This document shows, piece by piece, positions 49,870-59,831 of a stretch of 64,000 nt of DNA. The notes under the pieces are model-generated. The model did not search any database. It worked only from the letters and a program-made list of their open reading frames with translations, and was not told the DNA's origin. The stretch comes from an uncultured Thermoleophilia bacterium. GTDB lineage: Bacteria > Actinomycetota > Thermoleophilia > Gaiellales > Gaiellaceae. Numbering within the stretch: position 1 is the stretch's first letter; each line of letters opens with the position of its first letter. Position numbers and translations under genes: made by a program. Where the stretch lies: contig CAWGBR010000014.1 in NCBI GenBank assembly GCA_963820875.1, positions 164,255 through 228,254 on the forward strand, in the 5' to 3' direction.

Positions 49870-50560
49870 CTAGAAGAGCTCGAGCTGCTGGGCGGCTGCC
49901 CGGGCGGCGACCGGCTCGCGGGCTGCGGGACCGGGAACGGGATCACGTCGGCGTCGAGCTCGAGCGCCTCGGGCGCCGGCGCGGCGGCGGCCGGATCGGC
50001 TCCGGCGAGCAGCCCGGGAATGCGCGCGAAGTCCTCCTCGAGCGTACGCAGCATCGCGGGCGTGTAGAGCGCCGCGGCCGGGTGGTAGAGCGGGTAGAGC
50101 GTCACCGCCAGCCCGCCGACCTGCGGCGGCTGCGGCTGGCCGTGCACGCGCGTGATGCCGTGCTGCTTGCCGGAGAGGAGCTTCGTCGCGAAGTTGCCGA
50201 GCGTGGCGACGAGCTTCGGCTGGATCAGCGAGATCTGCCGGAAGAGGTAGGTCTCGCAGGCCTCGATCTCGTCCGGCATCGGGTCGCGGTTGCCGGGAGG
50301 TCGGCATTTCAGGACGTTCGCGATGTACACGTCCTCACGGGTCAGGCCGATGCCGTCGAGCAGCCGGTCGAGCAGCTTGCCGGCCGCGCCGACGAACGGG
50401 TAGCCCTGCTGGTCCTCGTGGAAGCCGGGCGCCTCGCCGACGAACATGAGGTCGGCGTCGGGCTGCCGACCCCGAACACGACCTGCGTCCGCCCCTCGGC
50501 CAGCCGGCAACGCGTGCAGCCGGAGGCCTCCGCGGCGAGCGCGCGAGCTCCGTGCGTGCC
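49870..50560 (-). pseudogene. uracil-DNA glycosylase family 4, frame interrupted
   Basis: GCTRCRLAEGRTQVVFGVG is in the ORF 50342..51139 frame. LMFVGEAPGFHEDQQGYPFVGAAGKLLDRLL, VYIANVLKCRPPGNRDP and LYHPAAALY are in the ORF 48303..50510 frame. The C-terminus AAQQLELF* is in ORF 49870..50307. The start is not resolved. Confidence 0.8.
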
Positions 50561-50565
50561 TCGCG

Positions 50566-50796
50566 TCAGTGCGTCAGTGAGCCGCAGCCACAGCCTCCGC
50601 CGCAACAACCGCCGCCGCCCCGATAGGGCCGCCGAAGCTCGGCTGCTCGGCGGTGCCGTGAGCCGCGAACACGGAGAGCTGGCGAGCCACCCTCGTCTGC
50701 CCCGCAGTCCGGGCAGGCCGGATCGGGGTCGTCGAGGCGGACGAGCTCCTCGAAGTGGCTCTCGCAGGTCATGCACACGAACTCGTAGATCGGCAT
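50566..50796 (-). CDS. FmdB-family zinc-ribbon protein
   Basis: From ATG 50796, MPIYEFVCMTCESHFEELV...CPDCG carries the CxxC pairs, followed by a Gly/Cys-rich tail GGGGCCGGGCGCG. The segment between reads more family-like in the +1 frame (QTRVARQLSVFAAHG). Confidence 0.75.
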   Translation of the reverse strand: MPIYEFVCMTCESHFEELVRLDDPDPACPDCGADEGGSPALRVRGSRHRRAAELRRPYRGGGGCCGGGCGCGSLTH

Positions 50797-50945
50797 CGCT
50801 GACGCAGTGTAGGCACGGTGGCGGACGCGACGCAAGCGCCAGCGCAGGCGGCCCGCCGGCGGGCCGCCGCCCGGAAGGCAGCCTGTACGATCGGCGACCA
50901 TCACACCTGGCCGCCGCGCAACCACACCCGCCCCGAGGTGAGCTG

Positions 50946-51998
50946 ATGACCCGAGACGACATCCCCGCGCCCGCCGAGCAAGCGCCGTCGCCCGAGCCGA
51001 TCATGCGGATGATCCAGGGGCTCCAGGCGACGGCGATACTCAAGGCCGGTGTCGAGCTCGGCGTCTTCGACCGCATCGCCGAGGGGGCCGGCGACGCTGC
51101 GTCGGTGGCGGCTGCGATCGGCGCATCGGAGCGCGGCACGCGGATCCTGCTCGACGGGCTGGCCGCCTACGGGCTGCTCGAGACGGCCGACGGGGCGTAC
51201 CGTCTCAGCCCGCTGGCGGACGCGTACCTCGTCTCGGGCCGTCCCGTGTATCTGGGGGGCTCGACGCAGATCATGGCGTCCGATTGGGCGTGGCGCTTCT
51301 GGGCCGATCTGCCCGAGGCCGTGCGTCACGGAGGCACCGTGCTCGAGGACCACGCGGAGACGCCCGGCCACGAATTCTGGGAGATCTTCGCGCCGGCGAG
51401 CATGGGGCTCGCCAGACCCGCGTCGAAGGCGCTCGCCGAGCTGCTCGCGCCGTGGGCGCAGGCGCGGGACGAGATCGACGTGCTGGACGTCGCGTGCGGC
51501 AGCGGCCTCTACTCCCTGACGTTCGCCGCTGCCCAGCCGCATGCGCGCGTGACGCTGCTCGACTGGGCAAACGTGCTCGCGCTCACGCAGGCCAACGTCG
51601 AGCGGCTCGGCCTCGCAGCCCGGACGAGCGTCATCGAGGGCGACGTCTTCACGGTGCCGCTCGGAGGCCCGTACGACCTCGTCGTCGCGAGCCACATCTT
51701 CCACCACTTCTCCGAGGACCGATGTGTCGAGCTCCTCCAGCGCCTGGCCGCGGCGCTGAAGCCGGACGGCCGGCTGGCGATCAACGAGTTCACGGCGCTG
51801 AGCGACAGCCCGGAGGAAGATCCGGTGCCGTACCTCTTCTCGGTCCTGATGCTCGCGTGGACACGGGAAGGCGAGGCCTACCCGGTGAGCACGTACCGCC
51901 GCCTGCTCGACGCGGCGGGGTTCGGCACGCCCGAGATCCACCAGAGCCCCGGGATGACAACCCGGCTCGTGATCGCGGATCGGCGCTCCGGCGCCTGA
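50946..51998 (+). CDS. class I SAM-dependent O-methyltransferase
   Basis: ATG 50946 follows GAGGTGAG; intact 350 aa. SAM-binding VLDVACGSGLYSL, DLVVASHIFHHF and LKPDGRLAINE. The upstream 1.1 kb of track ORF 49845..51998 is a shadow frame. Confidence 0.85.
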   Translation: MTRDDIPAPAEQAPSPEPIMRMIQGLQATAILKAGVELGVFDRIAEGAGDAASVAAAIGASERGTRILLDGLAAYGLLETADGAYRLSPLADAYLVSGRPVYLGGSTQIMASDWAWRFWADLPEAVRHGGTVLEDHAETPGHEFWEIFAPASMGLARPASKALAELLAPWAQARDEIDVLDVACGSGLYSLTFAAAQPHARVTLLDWANVLALTQANVERLGLAARTSVIEGDVFTVPLGGPYDLVVASHIFHHFSEDRCVELLQRLAAALKPDGRLAINEFTALSDSPEEDPVPYLFSVLMLAWTREGEAYPVSTYRRLLDAAGFGTPEIHQSPGMTTRLVIADRRSGA

Positions 51999-52001
51999 GG
52001 C

Positions 52002-52333
52002 CTACTTGCCGGCAGGCAGCGAGACGAACTCGACCGCCTGATCGATCCAGCTGCCCAGCGCCTCGTCCGTCCGCATCCCCACGGGGCTCGACGAGCACCC
52101 AGCCGGTCATCGCCCTGCCGGTGATGTCGAACACTCGCACGTGATCCTGCTCAAGGGCGGCGTCGGCCTGTTCCGCGGAGAGCCGCAGGATCAGCTCGTC
52201 CTTCCAGACCCCGACGCACGATGTTTCCGTTCAGCAGGAAGCCGACCCCGCCGAACATCTTCTTCTCGACGAAGCCGTCGCGACCGGCCAGCGTCGCCCT
52301 GATTCGCTCTGCAAGCGCCTCGTCGTAGGCCAC
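52002..52333 (-). pseudogene. TfoX N-terminal domain protein, frame interrupted
   Basis: MAYDEALAERIRATLAGRDGFVEKKMFGGVGFLLNGNI is in ORF 52151..52333. VRVFDITGRAMTGWVLVEP is in ORF 51790..52140. The end VGMRTDEALGSWIDQAVEFVSLPAGK* is read in the third frame, with stop at 52002-52004. Confidence 0.65.
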
Positions 52334-52388
52334 GGCACCTCCGGCGAGCCATCATGCCAACTCCTCGGAGGCGGCGTAGGCTTGGCTC

Positions 52389-53510
52389 GTGAGCGACGAT
52401 CCCGCCACGCGCGCCGTCCACGCCGGTCGCGGTCGGGAGCCCGGCTCGCCGAGCGCGCCTCCCATCGTCACCGCGTCCGTGTACACGTCGGCCGGCGACC
52501 CCGCGGAGCTCGGCTACTCGTACGGGCGGGACGGCAACCCGACCTGGGAGCAGCTCGAGGCTGCCCTCGGCGCCCTCGAGGAGGCACAGGCCGTGACGTT
52601 CGCCTCGGGCCAGGCGGCGACGCTCGCCCTGATGCTGGCCCTCGCCGGGGACGGCCGCCGACTCGTCCTCCCGAACGACGGCTACTACGGCGCCCGCAAG
52701 CTGGCGGCGATGCTCGAGCCGTTCGGCGTCGAGTCGGTCAGCATCGACCAGCAGGATCTCGAGGCCGTGCGCGCGGCGCTCGAAGAGCGGCCTGCGGCGC
52801 TCTGGACCGAGACGCCGACGAACCCGCTGCTACGCGTCATGGATCTCTCGCAGCTCGCCCGGCTGGCGACGGCGGCGGACGCCCCGACGGTGGTCGACAA
52901 CACGACGGCGACCGCCGCGCTCCAGCGCCCGCTCGACTTCGGGGCAACTGCGTGTCTCTACTCGCTGACGAAGGGGACGTCCGGGCACGCCGACCTCCTG
53001 CTCGGCGCCGTCACGAGCCGCGACGAGGCCCTGGTCGGCCAGCTGCGCGCCTGGCGCTCGAACGGCGGCGGCATCCCCGGCCCGTTCGAGGCCTACCTCG
53101 CGCACCGCGGCGTCCTGACGCTGCCGCTGCGCGCCGCGCGGCAGTCGGAGACCGCGCTGGCGCTCGCCCGGCATCTGGACGACCACCCCCGGGTCACGCG
53201 CGTGTGCTACCCCGCCCTGGAGCCGACGACGCTGGACGTCGCGCGGCGGCAGATGCCCGACGGCTTCGGCCCGCTGCTGTCGTTCGAGATCGAAGGAGAC
53301 GCCGACGCCGCGTCCCGGGTCGTCGAGGCCGCCCGCCTCATCCGGGCATCCACGAGCTTCGGAGGGGTCGACTCGAGCTGGGAGCGCCGGGCGCGCTGGG
53401 CGTCCGAGACGGTCGCGTCGCCGACCCTGATCCGTCTCTCCGCCGGTCTCGAAGCCGTCGAGGACCTGATCGCGGACATCGATCAGGCGCTGGCTGCGCG
53501 GCGCACGTAG
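52389..53510 (+). CDS. Cys/Met-metabolism PLP-dependent enzyme (cystathionine gamma-synthase/lyase family)
   Basis: Intact 373 aa with TETPTNPLLRVMDL and the PLP-lysine motif YSLTKGTSGHADLL. Confidence 0.85.
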   Translation: MSDDPATRAVHAGRGREPGSPSAPPIVTASVYTSAGDPAELGYSYGRDGNPTWEQLEAALGALEEAQAVTFASGQAATLALMLALAGDGRRLVLPNDGYYGARKLAAMLEPFGVESVSIDQQDLEAVRAALEERPAALWTETPTNPLLRVMDLSQLARLATAADAPTVVDNTTATAALQRPLDFGATACLYSLTKGTSGHADLLLGAVTSRDEALVGQLRAWRSNGGGIPGPFEAYLAHRGVLTLPLRAARQSETALALARHLDDHPRVTRVCYPALEPTTLDVARRQMPDGFGPLLSFEIEGDADAASRVVEAARLIRASTSFGGVDSSWERRARWASETVASPTLIRLSAGLEAVEDLIADIDQALAARRT

Positions 53511-54306
53511 TTCGGCCGCACGTACTGCTCCTCGAATCCGGCCCGCAGGATGTTGGCGTACGAGAACGCCGCCTTCCCCGGCTCGCGGACGCCGGTCTCG
53601 GTCACGAGCAGCTCGCAACCGATCGTCGCCGCTTCGCGGATCCTCGCGGCGAACAGGGCCCGCTGGGCACCCTTGCCTCGATGCTCCGGGAGGACCGATC
53701 CGAAGGTGAGGTACCCGGCCCGGCCCTCCACGAAGAGGCCGGCCGCGCCCACCGGCGTGGCGCCGTCCCAGGCGAGGTGAAGCGACCAGCCGCGCCGTCC
53801 GTGAAGGGCCGCGAGCCACTCCCCCACCCACTCCGGCATGCCGAACGCGGTGGAGACGACGCGGCCCGAGGACGGCGAGGTGGTCCGCCTCGACAGGCTC
53901 GACCCGGAGTAGACCGTCCTCATCCGGCAGCGGCTCGACGCCCCGCGTGAATTTCATCCACGCCCACGCCGGCTCGAACCCGCGCTGCGCCAGCCACTCG
54001 GGAAGCTCGGGCGGGCGGGCCTCGGGCGCGACGGAGACGAAGAGATCGATGTCGCGCTCCTCGAACCACGAGCAGACCTCGTCGAGCGCGGCTTCGCCGA
54101 CCGGAGCTTTCCAGACCGAGACCGAGCGCCCGGTCGAACATGGAATTCGACGGCACGTCACGCAGCGCCGTCACGGTGACCCCGCCCACCTCGGCGATCT
54201 CGATCCCGTGGCGTGCCGCGAGCTCCGGCGGAGCCGCGCGGAAGAGGTCGCGGACGGCGGCGAGCTCGATCGTCTCGGTGACGGGGACGCCGTGCGATCC
54301 GCTCAT
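53483..54306 (-). pseudogene. GNAT family N-acetyltransferase, frame interrupted
   Basis: MSGSHGVPVTETIELAAVRDLFRAAPPELAARHGIEIAEVGGVTVTAL is in ORF 53920..54306. EAALDEVCSWFEERDIDLFVSVAPEARPPELPEWLAQRGFEPAWAWMKF is in the ORF 52830..54161 frame. GLFVEGRAGYLTFGSVLPEHRGKGAQRALFAARIREA is in ORF 53483..53923. Confidence 0.7.
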
Positions 54307-54330
54307 GCCGAGAGCCTACGTCCGTCGGGA

Positions 54331-54400
54331 GACGGGCCGGATGAGATCCGGCCCCTACACACCGGGACGACGGGCCGGATGAGATCCGGCGAGTACACAC
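54331..54400. repeat. two tandem REP-like palindromic units (38-nt period)
   Basis: GACGGGCCGGATGAGATCCGGCCCCTACACAC (hairpin 54334-54354) is followed by GACGGGCCGGATGAGATCCGGCGAGTACACAC (hairpin 54372-54390). The core is the same as at 38515-38535. Confidence 0.7.
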
Positions 54401-54403
54401 GAG

Positions 54404-55143
54404 TCAGGAGTCGCGGACGTAGGCCCGGACCTGGCTCGTCGAGGCGCTCGCGCAGGACGACGGAGAGGCTCTCGTCGCCGCTGTTGCCGTCGACCGTCGC
54501 GACGACGCCCGCCGACGGGGGGCGCACGAGCCGGCCGATGTGGTCGGCGGGATCTCCCTGCGGGCTCCAGTCGAAGAGGACGAGGTCGCCTCTGGCGGCC
54601 TGCGACGCTGCGACGACCCGCATGCCCCACCTGCCCGCCTGAGCCTCCCCGAGGATCGTGGGGCAGTAGAGCGCGTTGAACTTGCCCTGCCGCAGGCCCG
54701 CCTCCGCCGACTGGCCTCCCACCTTGAGCGCGGCGAGGAAGACGGTGAAGGCGCACCACGGCCAGCCCATCTTCTGGTACCAGTCCGAGAGGCCGAGCTG
54801 GGCGGCGACGCGGCCGAGCGCGGGCACCCGGTTGGAGCCTCTCGGGCGCTCCTGCAGGCCGACCCACTGCTCCATCTCGGCGACCGCGAGCTGCGGTACC
54901 GAGGCGGTCTGCGCGAGCTCTCGCGCACGCCGTTCGCCTCGGTTGCGGAACGCGTCCGGGAGCGGATCCTTGCCGAGCAGGTAGCGCTGGTCCTGCGGGC
55001 TCAGCGTGTTGTCGACCTGGTCGTCCGGGATAGCCGACCCGCTTCTTCCAGGCCGCTGCGGCGCCGGCGGAGACCGGCCCGTACTCGCCGTCGTCCGGCA
55101 CGGCAAGCGCGCGCTGGACGCGAACGACGTCCGGTCCCTTCAT
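54404..55143 (-). pseudogene. cell-wall hydrolase candidate (peptidoglycan-binding-like N-terminus + CHAP/NlpC-type Cys-His core), frame interrupted
   Basis: From ATG 55143, MKGPDVVRVQRALAVPDDGEYGPVSAGAAAAWKKRVGYP is in the ORF 54355..55143 frame. GWPWCAFTVFLAAL...GDLVLFDW...ADHIGRLV...TVDGNSG is in ORF 54303..55106. The end QVRAYVRDS* is in ORF 54404..54928. Confidence 0.65.
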
Positions 55144-55154
55144 GTACGGACTGG

Positions 55155-55760
55155 TCAGCGTGAGCGTGCGAGGGCCGCGACGAGTGGGCCGGGCGGCCCG
55201 GCTCCTCGACCCCCAGCTCCCGCTCGAGCGACCGGACGAGCGACCCGGAACGGCTCCCAGCCGTTCAGGCCGCCGTTCACCTTGCGCCGGGCCGTCTCCC
55301 AGTCGCGGGCGACGGCGCTCTCGTCGACGGCCCGCGACTTGAAGTAGTCGGCGAGGACGGCGGCCGCAACCTCGGGCGTCTTCGCCAGGTCGGGCTTCTG
55401 CTCGAGCGGGAAGCCGAGCTTCTCGCCGTAGGCGCGGTAGTTGGCCCGCCCGGTGAGCTGGATGTACCCCCGGCCGTGGTAGCGGGCACCGTCGCCCTTG
55501 CGCGTGTTGCCGAGGTCGGCGCGGTTCTCGTACATGCGCGTGAAGTACTCCTCGTCGCCGAACTCGTCGATCGGCCGGAACGTGCGCGCCGTCTCGACGG
55601 AGACCGTGGCGATCGCGGCGACCTTGACGAGCGGGTCGCGCATTCCTCGCGATTCGAGCGCGCCCTCGATCAGCGGCCAGTTGACCCTGACGTCGGCCAG
55701 CGGTGCTCCGGCCAGCCGTGAGATGCGGTCCTCGTCGAGGGGAAAGGTGGAAACGGGCAT
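55155..55760 (-). CDS. glycoside hydrolase family 19-like (chitinase/lysozyme-type) protein
   Basis: ATG 55760; 201 aa. YHGRGYIQLTGRANY and NGGLNGW are GH19 signatures. The last ~35 codons may be out of frame. Confidence 0.75.
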   Translation of the reverse strand: MPVSTFPLDEDRISRLAGAPLADVRVNWPLIEGALESRGMRDPLVKVAAIATVSVETARTFRPIDEFGDEEYFTRMYENRADLGNTRKGDGARYHGRGYIQLTGRANYRAYGEKLGFPLEQKPDLAKTPEVAAAVLADYFKSRAVDESAVARDWETARRKVNGGLNGWEPFRVARPVARAGAGGRGAGPPGPLVAALARSR

Positions 55761-55837
55761 CGGCGACTCCTCCCTTCGAACCATCGGGTGGGGCCGCACC
55801 TCCCGGTTTGCGGCACTGTACACCGAGCCGGGCAAAA

Positions 55838-55866
55838 GGAAAATCCCCGGTAAACGAGGGGTTTTT
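55838..55866 (-). terminator. A-tract/hairpin/T-tract, possible bidirectional intrinsic terminator
   Basis: AGGAAAAT-CCCC-GGTAAACGA-GGGG-TTTTT lies ~115 nt downstream of the 55982..56526 gene on the minus strand. The stem is short. Confidence 0.35.
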
Positions 55867-55981
55867 CGAGCGGAGCGCGCGGCGGCGGCCAGCGTTGCTG
55901 AACCTTGCTGCAAAAGATGGACGTTTCGGATGTGTCCGGGCCGCGACGAGCCCGAGTCGGAGCGGTTACCCGGCGCTGAGC

Positions 55982-56526
55982 CTAACGGGGCTGGATATCC
56001 ATGCCGCTGACGAGTCGGCGGAGCCACCGTCTTGCCGTCGGCGTCGCTTCGGGGCCGACGCTCATCCAGAGGTAGAACGCACGGCCCGAGTCCTTGAAGG
56101 AGTACTGGCGCGTTCCCGGCCCCATGCAGGCAGCGTTATCCGGCGAGCCGGGAGCCTGAAACGGACGGGGCGAGGCGGGAAACGGGAGAGATTCCTGTCA
56201 GCGCCAAGCGCCTCACGCAGATAGGCAAAGACGCCCTTCACAGGCCGCTGCTTGCCGATGCCGGCCAGGCACGGGCCCTCGTCCTGCGCCGTGCGCCGGA
56301 ACCGAAAGTTGCCGACCGCAAAGCGCGGCACCGGCTCGATGCCGGTGGTGAGACGCCTGGTCGTCACGTACCAGTGCGACGGGTAGGCAAACGAAATGCC
56401 GTGGCGGCTGAACCGGTCGAAGGGGTGCGACCGTTGCGGGCTGCTCGAAGCCCAGCTCGGATCGGAACCGAGTACCGGGAGGACGAGCAGAGCAGCGAGG
56501 CACAGACACCTGCCCATACCCGCCAT
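55982..56526 (-). pseudogene. hypothetical secreted protein, one frame interruption
   Basis: From ATG 56526: MAGMGRCLCLAALLVLPVLGS...GISFAYPSHWYVTTRRL...FAVGNFRF (ORF 56062..56904 frame). The tail GSPDNAACMGPGTRQYSFKDSGRAFYLWMSVGPEATPTARRWLRRLVSGMDIQPR* is read in another frame. The switch is near 56150. Confidence 0.55.
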
Positions 56527-56626
56527 ACGGTCGAGGCCGCCTCGCGAGTCCCGGGGCTCGCGTCGGACGCCGGCGCTGGTACGCTTCACGCCACAAGGCC
56601 CGGTATCCCGAGAGGAGCTGGAGCAC

Positions 56627-57321
56627 GTGTTCGCTTCGACATGCGTCGTCGGCGCGGGTCGCGTCGGCAAGGCCGTCTTCGCGCGGCTGTCCGAGCGGCT
56701 GCCCGACGTCAGGCTCACCGGCCGTGAGCTCGCCTGCGCGGGCGCGGAGCTCGTTCTCCTCTGCGTGCCGGATCGGGCGATCGCCGAAGTGGCCCGCGGG
56801 ATCGCGCCGGGACCCTGGGTCGCCCACACGAGCGGCGCCGCGCGGCTCTCCGCGCTCGAGCCGCACCGCCGACGCTTCTCGCTGCACCCGCTGCAGACCT
56901 TCACCGCGGGATCGCGGCGCGGAGCAGCTCGACGGCGCCTACGCGGCCGTCTCGGCGCGAGACCGACGAGTCACGGGAGGCCGGCATCGCGCTCGCCGAC
57001 GCGCTCGGGCCTGCGGCCGTTCGAGCTCCCCGACGACGAGCGTCCGGTCTACCACGCGGCCGCCACGGTCGCGTCCGCGTTCCTCGTCACCCTCCACGAG
57101 GCCGCAGCCGAGCTCATGGACACCGCCGGCGCGCCGCCCGAGGCTCTCGAGCCTCTCATGCGGCGCACGATGGAGAACGGCTTCGCGCCCACCGGGCCGT
57201 TCGTGCGAGGCGACCTCGACACCGTCGACGCGCACCTCGGCGCGATCCGCGCGCGCAGGCCCCAGCTCGAGCCGCTGTACCGGAGCCTCGCCGACGCGAC
57301 CGAGCGACTGTGCCCCGATGA
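56627..57321 (+). pseudogene. Rossmann-like/DUF2520 domain protein, frame interrupted
   Basis: GTG 56627 follows GAGAGGAG. CVVGAGRVGKAVFARL, FSLHPLQTF and PVYHAAATVASAFLVTLHEAAAELM...TGPFVRGDLDTVDAHL are in the main frame. The middle piece DRGAEQLDGAYAAVSARD is in the ORF 56724.. frame. It lies directly upstream of panC. Confidence 0.75.
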
Positions 57322-58143
57322 GGACGGTGCGAGACGATCGACGCGCTGCGGGAGACGCTGCGGCCTCGGCGGCGAGCCGGGAGCACGATCGGGCTCGTGC
57401 CGACGATGGGCGCGTTCCACGACGGCCATCTGGCGCTCATGCGGGCCGCGCGCGAGGAATGCGACATCGTCGTCGTCAGCCTCTTCGTCAACCCGACGCA
57501 GTTCGCGGAAGGCGACGATCTCGACGCCTACCCGCGCGACCCGGAGCGGGACCGGACGCTCGCCGAGCAGGTCGGCGTCGACCTCGTCTTCGCCCCGGCC
57601 GTCGAGGAGATGTACCCGGAGGGCTTCCAGACCTGGGTCGAGGTCGAGGAGGTCTCGCGCGGCATGGAGGGCGACGCGCGTCCCGGCCACTTCCGCGGCG
57701 TCGCCACCGTCTGCCTGAAGCTCTTCGTCGTCGTCGGCTCCCGATCGCGCGTACTTCGGCGAGAAGGACGCGCAGCAGGCGGCCGTCGTCAAACGACTCG
57801 TGCACGACCTCGCGCTGCCGCTGGAGATTCGCCTCGTCCCGACCGTGCGCGACGCCGACGGCCTCGCGCTGAGCTCGCGCAACGTCACCTCACGCCGGAC
57901 GAGCGCCGCCTCGCGCTCGTCCTGCCGCGGGCGCTCGCGGCCGGCAAGGCGGCACACGAGCACGGCCGCCCGTGCCGAGGAGGTCGCCCGCGCGCTGCTC
58001 GCCGAGGCCGGCGGGCAGGGCATCGAGATCGACTACGTGGAGACGGCCCGGCTGAACGGGCGCCTCGTGCTCGCGGCCGCCGTCAGCGTCGGCACGACAC
58101 GCCTCATCGACAACGTCATCCTGGAAGGAGACTCCCCGAATGA
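57318..58143 (+). pseudogene. panC: pantoate-beta-alanine ligase, frame interrupted
   Basis: From ATG 57318, GLVPTMGAFHDGHLALMRAAREECDIVVVSLFVNPTQF and [16 protein letters not shown] are in ORF 57397..58143. [44 protein letters not shown] is in the ORF 57800.. frame. The stop overlaps the panB ATG (ATGA). Confidence 0.9.
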
Positions 58144-59021
58144 CCACCCGTCCCGACACGACCGGCAAGCTGCCGCTCACCGATCTCGGCGAGCTGAAGC
58201 GACGCGGCGAGAAGATCGTCATGGTGACGGCCTACGACTACCCGAGCGGCCGTCTCGCCGATCTCGCGGGCATCGACATGGTGCTCGTCGGCGACTCCGC
58301 CGCTCAGATCGTGCTCGGCCACGACTCGACCGTCCCGGTCACGCTCGACGAGATGATCGTGCTCGCCCGGGCCGCCGCGCGCGGCGCGGCGCGACCGCTC
58401 GTCGTCGCCGATCTGCCCTTCGGCTCGTACCAGGTCTCGGACGAGGAGGCGGTGCGCGCCTCCGTGCGCTTCGTCAAGGAAGCAGGCGTGGACGCGGTCA
58501 AGCTCGAGGGCGCCGGCCCGACGCTGGCCCGCGTGCGGGCGATCGCGGGCGCCGGCGTGCCCGTGATGGGCCACATCGGTCTCACGCCCCAGTCGGCGAC
58601 GATGCTGGGCGGCTACCGGGCACAGGGCCGCACGGCCGCGCAAGGCGCAGGGGCTGCTCGCCGACGCGCTCGCGCTCGAGCAGGCCGGCTGCTTCGCGAT
58701 CGTGCTCGAGTGCATCCCGGGCGAGGTGTCGGAGCGGATCACGGAGGCGCTGGCCGTCCCGACGATCGGAATCGGCGCCGGCGCCGGCGTCGACGGACAG
58801 GTGCTCGTCTTCCACGACATGCTGGGCCTCTACGAGGGCCGCTCGCCGCGCTTCGTGAAGCGCTATGCGGAGCTCGGCAACGCGGCGCGTGAAGCGCTCG
58901 ACGCTACGCGGCCGACGTACGCTCCGGAGCTTTCCCGGGCCCCGAGCACGCGTACGCGATGCCCGCCGAGGAGCTCACCCTGTTCCAGGCCGAAGCGGCG
59001 AACGCCGTCCGGCCGCGCTGA
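58140..59021 (+). pseudogene. panB: 3-methyl-2-oxobutanoate hydroxymethyltransferase, frame interrupted
   Basis: [48 protein letters not shown] and [11 protein letters not shown] are in ORF 58140..58892. [46 protein letters not shown] is in ORF 58702..59061. It returns to the first frame for [20 protein letters not shown] and TGA 59019-59021. Confidence 0.9.
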
Positions 59022-59057
59022 ACGGCAGAACCCGCGGCGCCGAACCCGTGCCATTCT

Positions 59058-59780
59058 GTGACCGGGGGCGCCTCGATGAAGCTCGACCTGCGGATCCGGA
59101 CCGACTCGCCTGCGGCCGACGGCTACTGGACGCCGCGGGTCGCCTACCGGCGCGTCGTCGAGCTCGTGCACGAGCAGGGGCCGAAGGCGCTCTGGTTCAA
59201 GGTGCTCGGCGAGACGGTCTACAGGCGGCTGGCCGTCTACGCGTTCCCCATCGATGGGTCGCTTCCGAAAACGCACGGGGTCCCGGTCGAGCTCGTCCTG
59301 CTTGCCCCGAAGGACGTCGATGCGTACGTGGACCTGCGGCCGCAGGCCGACGCGGCGGAGATCCACGCGAGGTTGCGCGACGGGCAGCGATGCCTCGTCG
59401 CGCGCTCCGAGGGACGGATCGTGCACGTGCGCTGGTCGAGCACGGAGTCGGTGTGGGTGGACGTGCTCGGCTGCACGTTTCGCCTCGCACCCGGCTACGA
59501 GCTCGGGTACGGGACGTTCACGCACCCCGACTTCCGCCGCTACGGGCTGGCCGGGGCAGTGCGGGCGGAGATGATCCGGCGCCTGCGTGAGGAGGGCGTC
59601 GCGTGCAGCCTGGCGATCGTCGAGCCCGAGAACATCCCTTCCGTTCGCTTCAACGAGAAGTTCGGCTCCCGCAGGATCGGCGTCATCGGCCGGCTCGGGG
59701 CCGGGCGGGCCCGCTACTGCTTCTGCAGGATGGACGAAGGCGAGACCGCGCCGGGACGCATGTGCGCGGCCGCACGCTGA
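59058..59780 (+). CDS. GNAT family N-acetyltransferase
   Basis: Intact ORF (GTG 59058; alternative ATG 59076). [27 protein letters not shown] is the acetyl-CoA-binding motif region. Confidence 0.75.
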   Translation: MTGGASMKLDLRIRTDSPAADGYWTPRVAYRRVVELVHEQGPKALWFKVLGETVYRRLAVYAFPIDGSLPKTHGVPVELVLLAPKDVDAYVDLRPQADAAEIHARLRDGQRCLVARSEGRIVHVRWSSTESVWVDVLGCTFRLAPGYELGYGTFTHPDFRRYGLAGAVRAEMIRRLREEGVACSLAIVEPENIPSVRFNEKFGSRRIGVIGRLGAGRARYCFCRMDEGETAPGRMCAAAR

Positions 59781-59831
59781 CGACGGCCGCACGGTGGCCG
59801 GCAGGAGCGGGGCAGCGGCCGGTTGCGAGAC

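Noticed and set aside
49845-50945. 5' 1.1 kb of the 717-aa ORF 49845..51998
   Set aside because: It is antisense to the udg and FmdB genes. The methyltransferase homology begins only at ATG 50946, which has its own SD.
54331-54400. CRISPR array
   Set aside because: Only two tandem units are present, with a 38-nt period and no unique spacers. The units are palindromic REP-like sequences shared with 38515-38535, and no cas genes are present.
54404-56526. Prophage remnant
   Set aside because: Apart from the two hydrolase-like genes there are no capsid, tail, holin, terminase or integrase genes, and codon usage is native-like.
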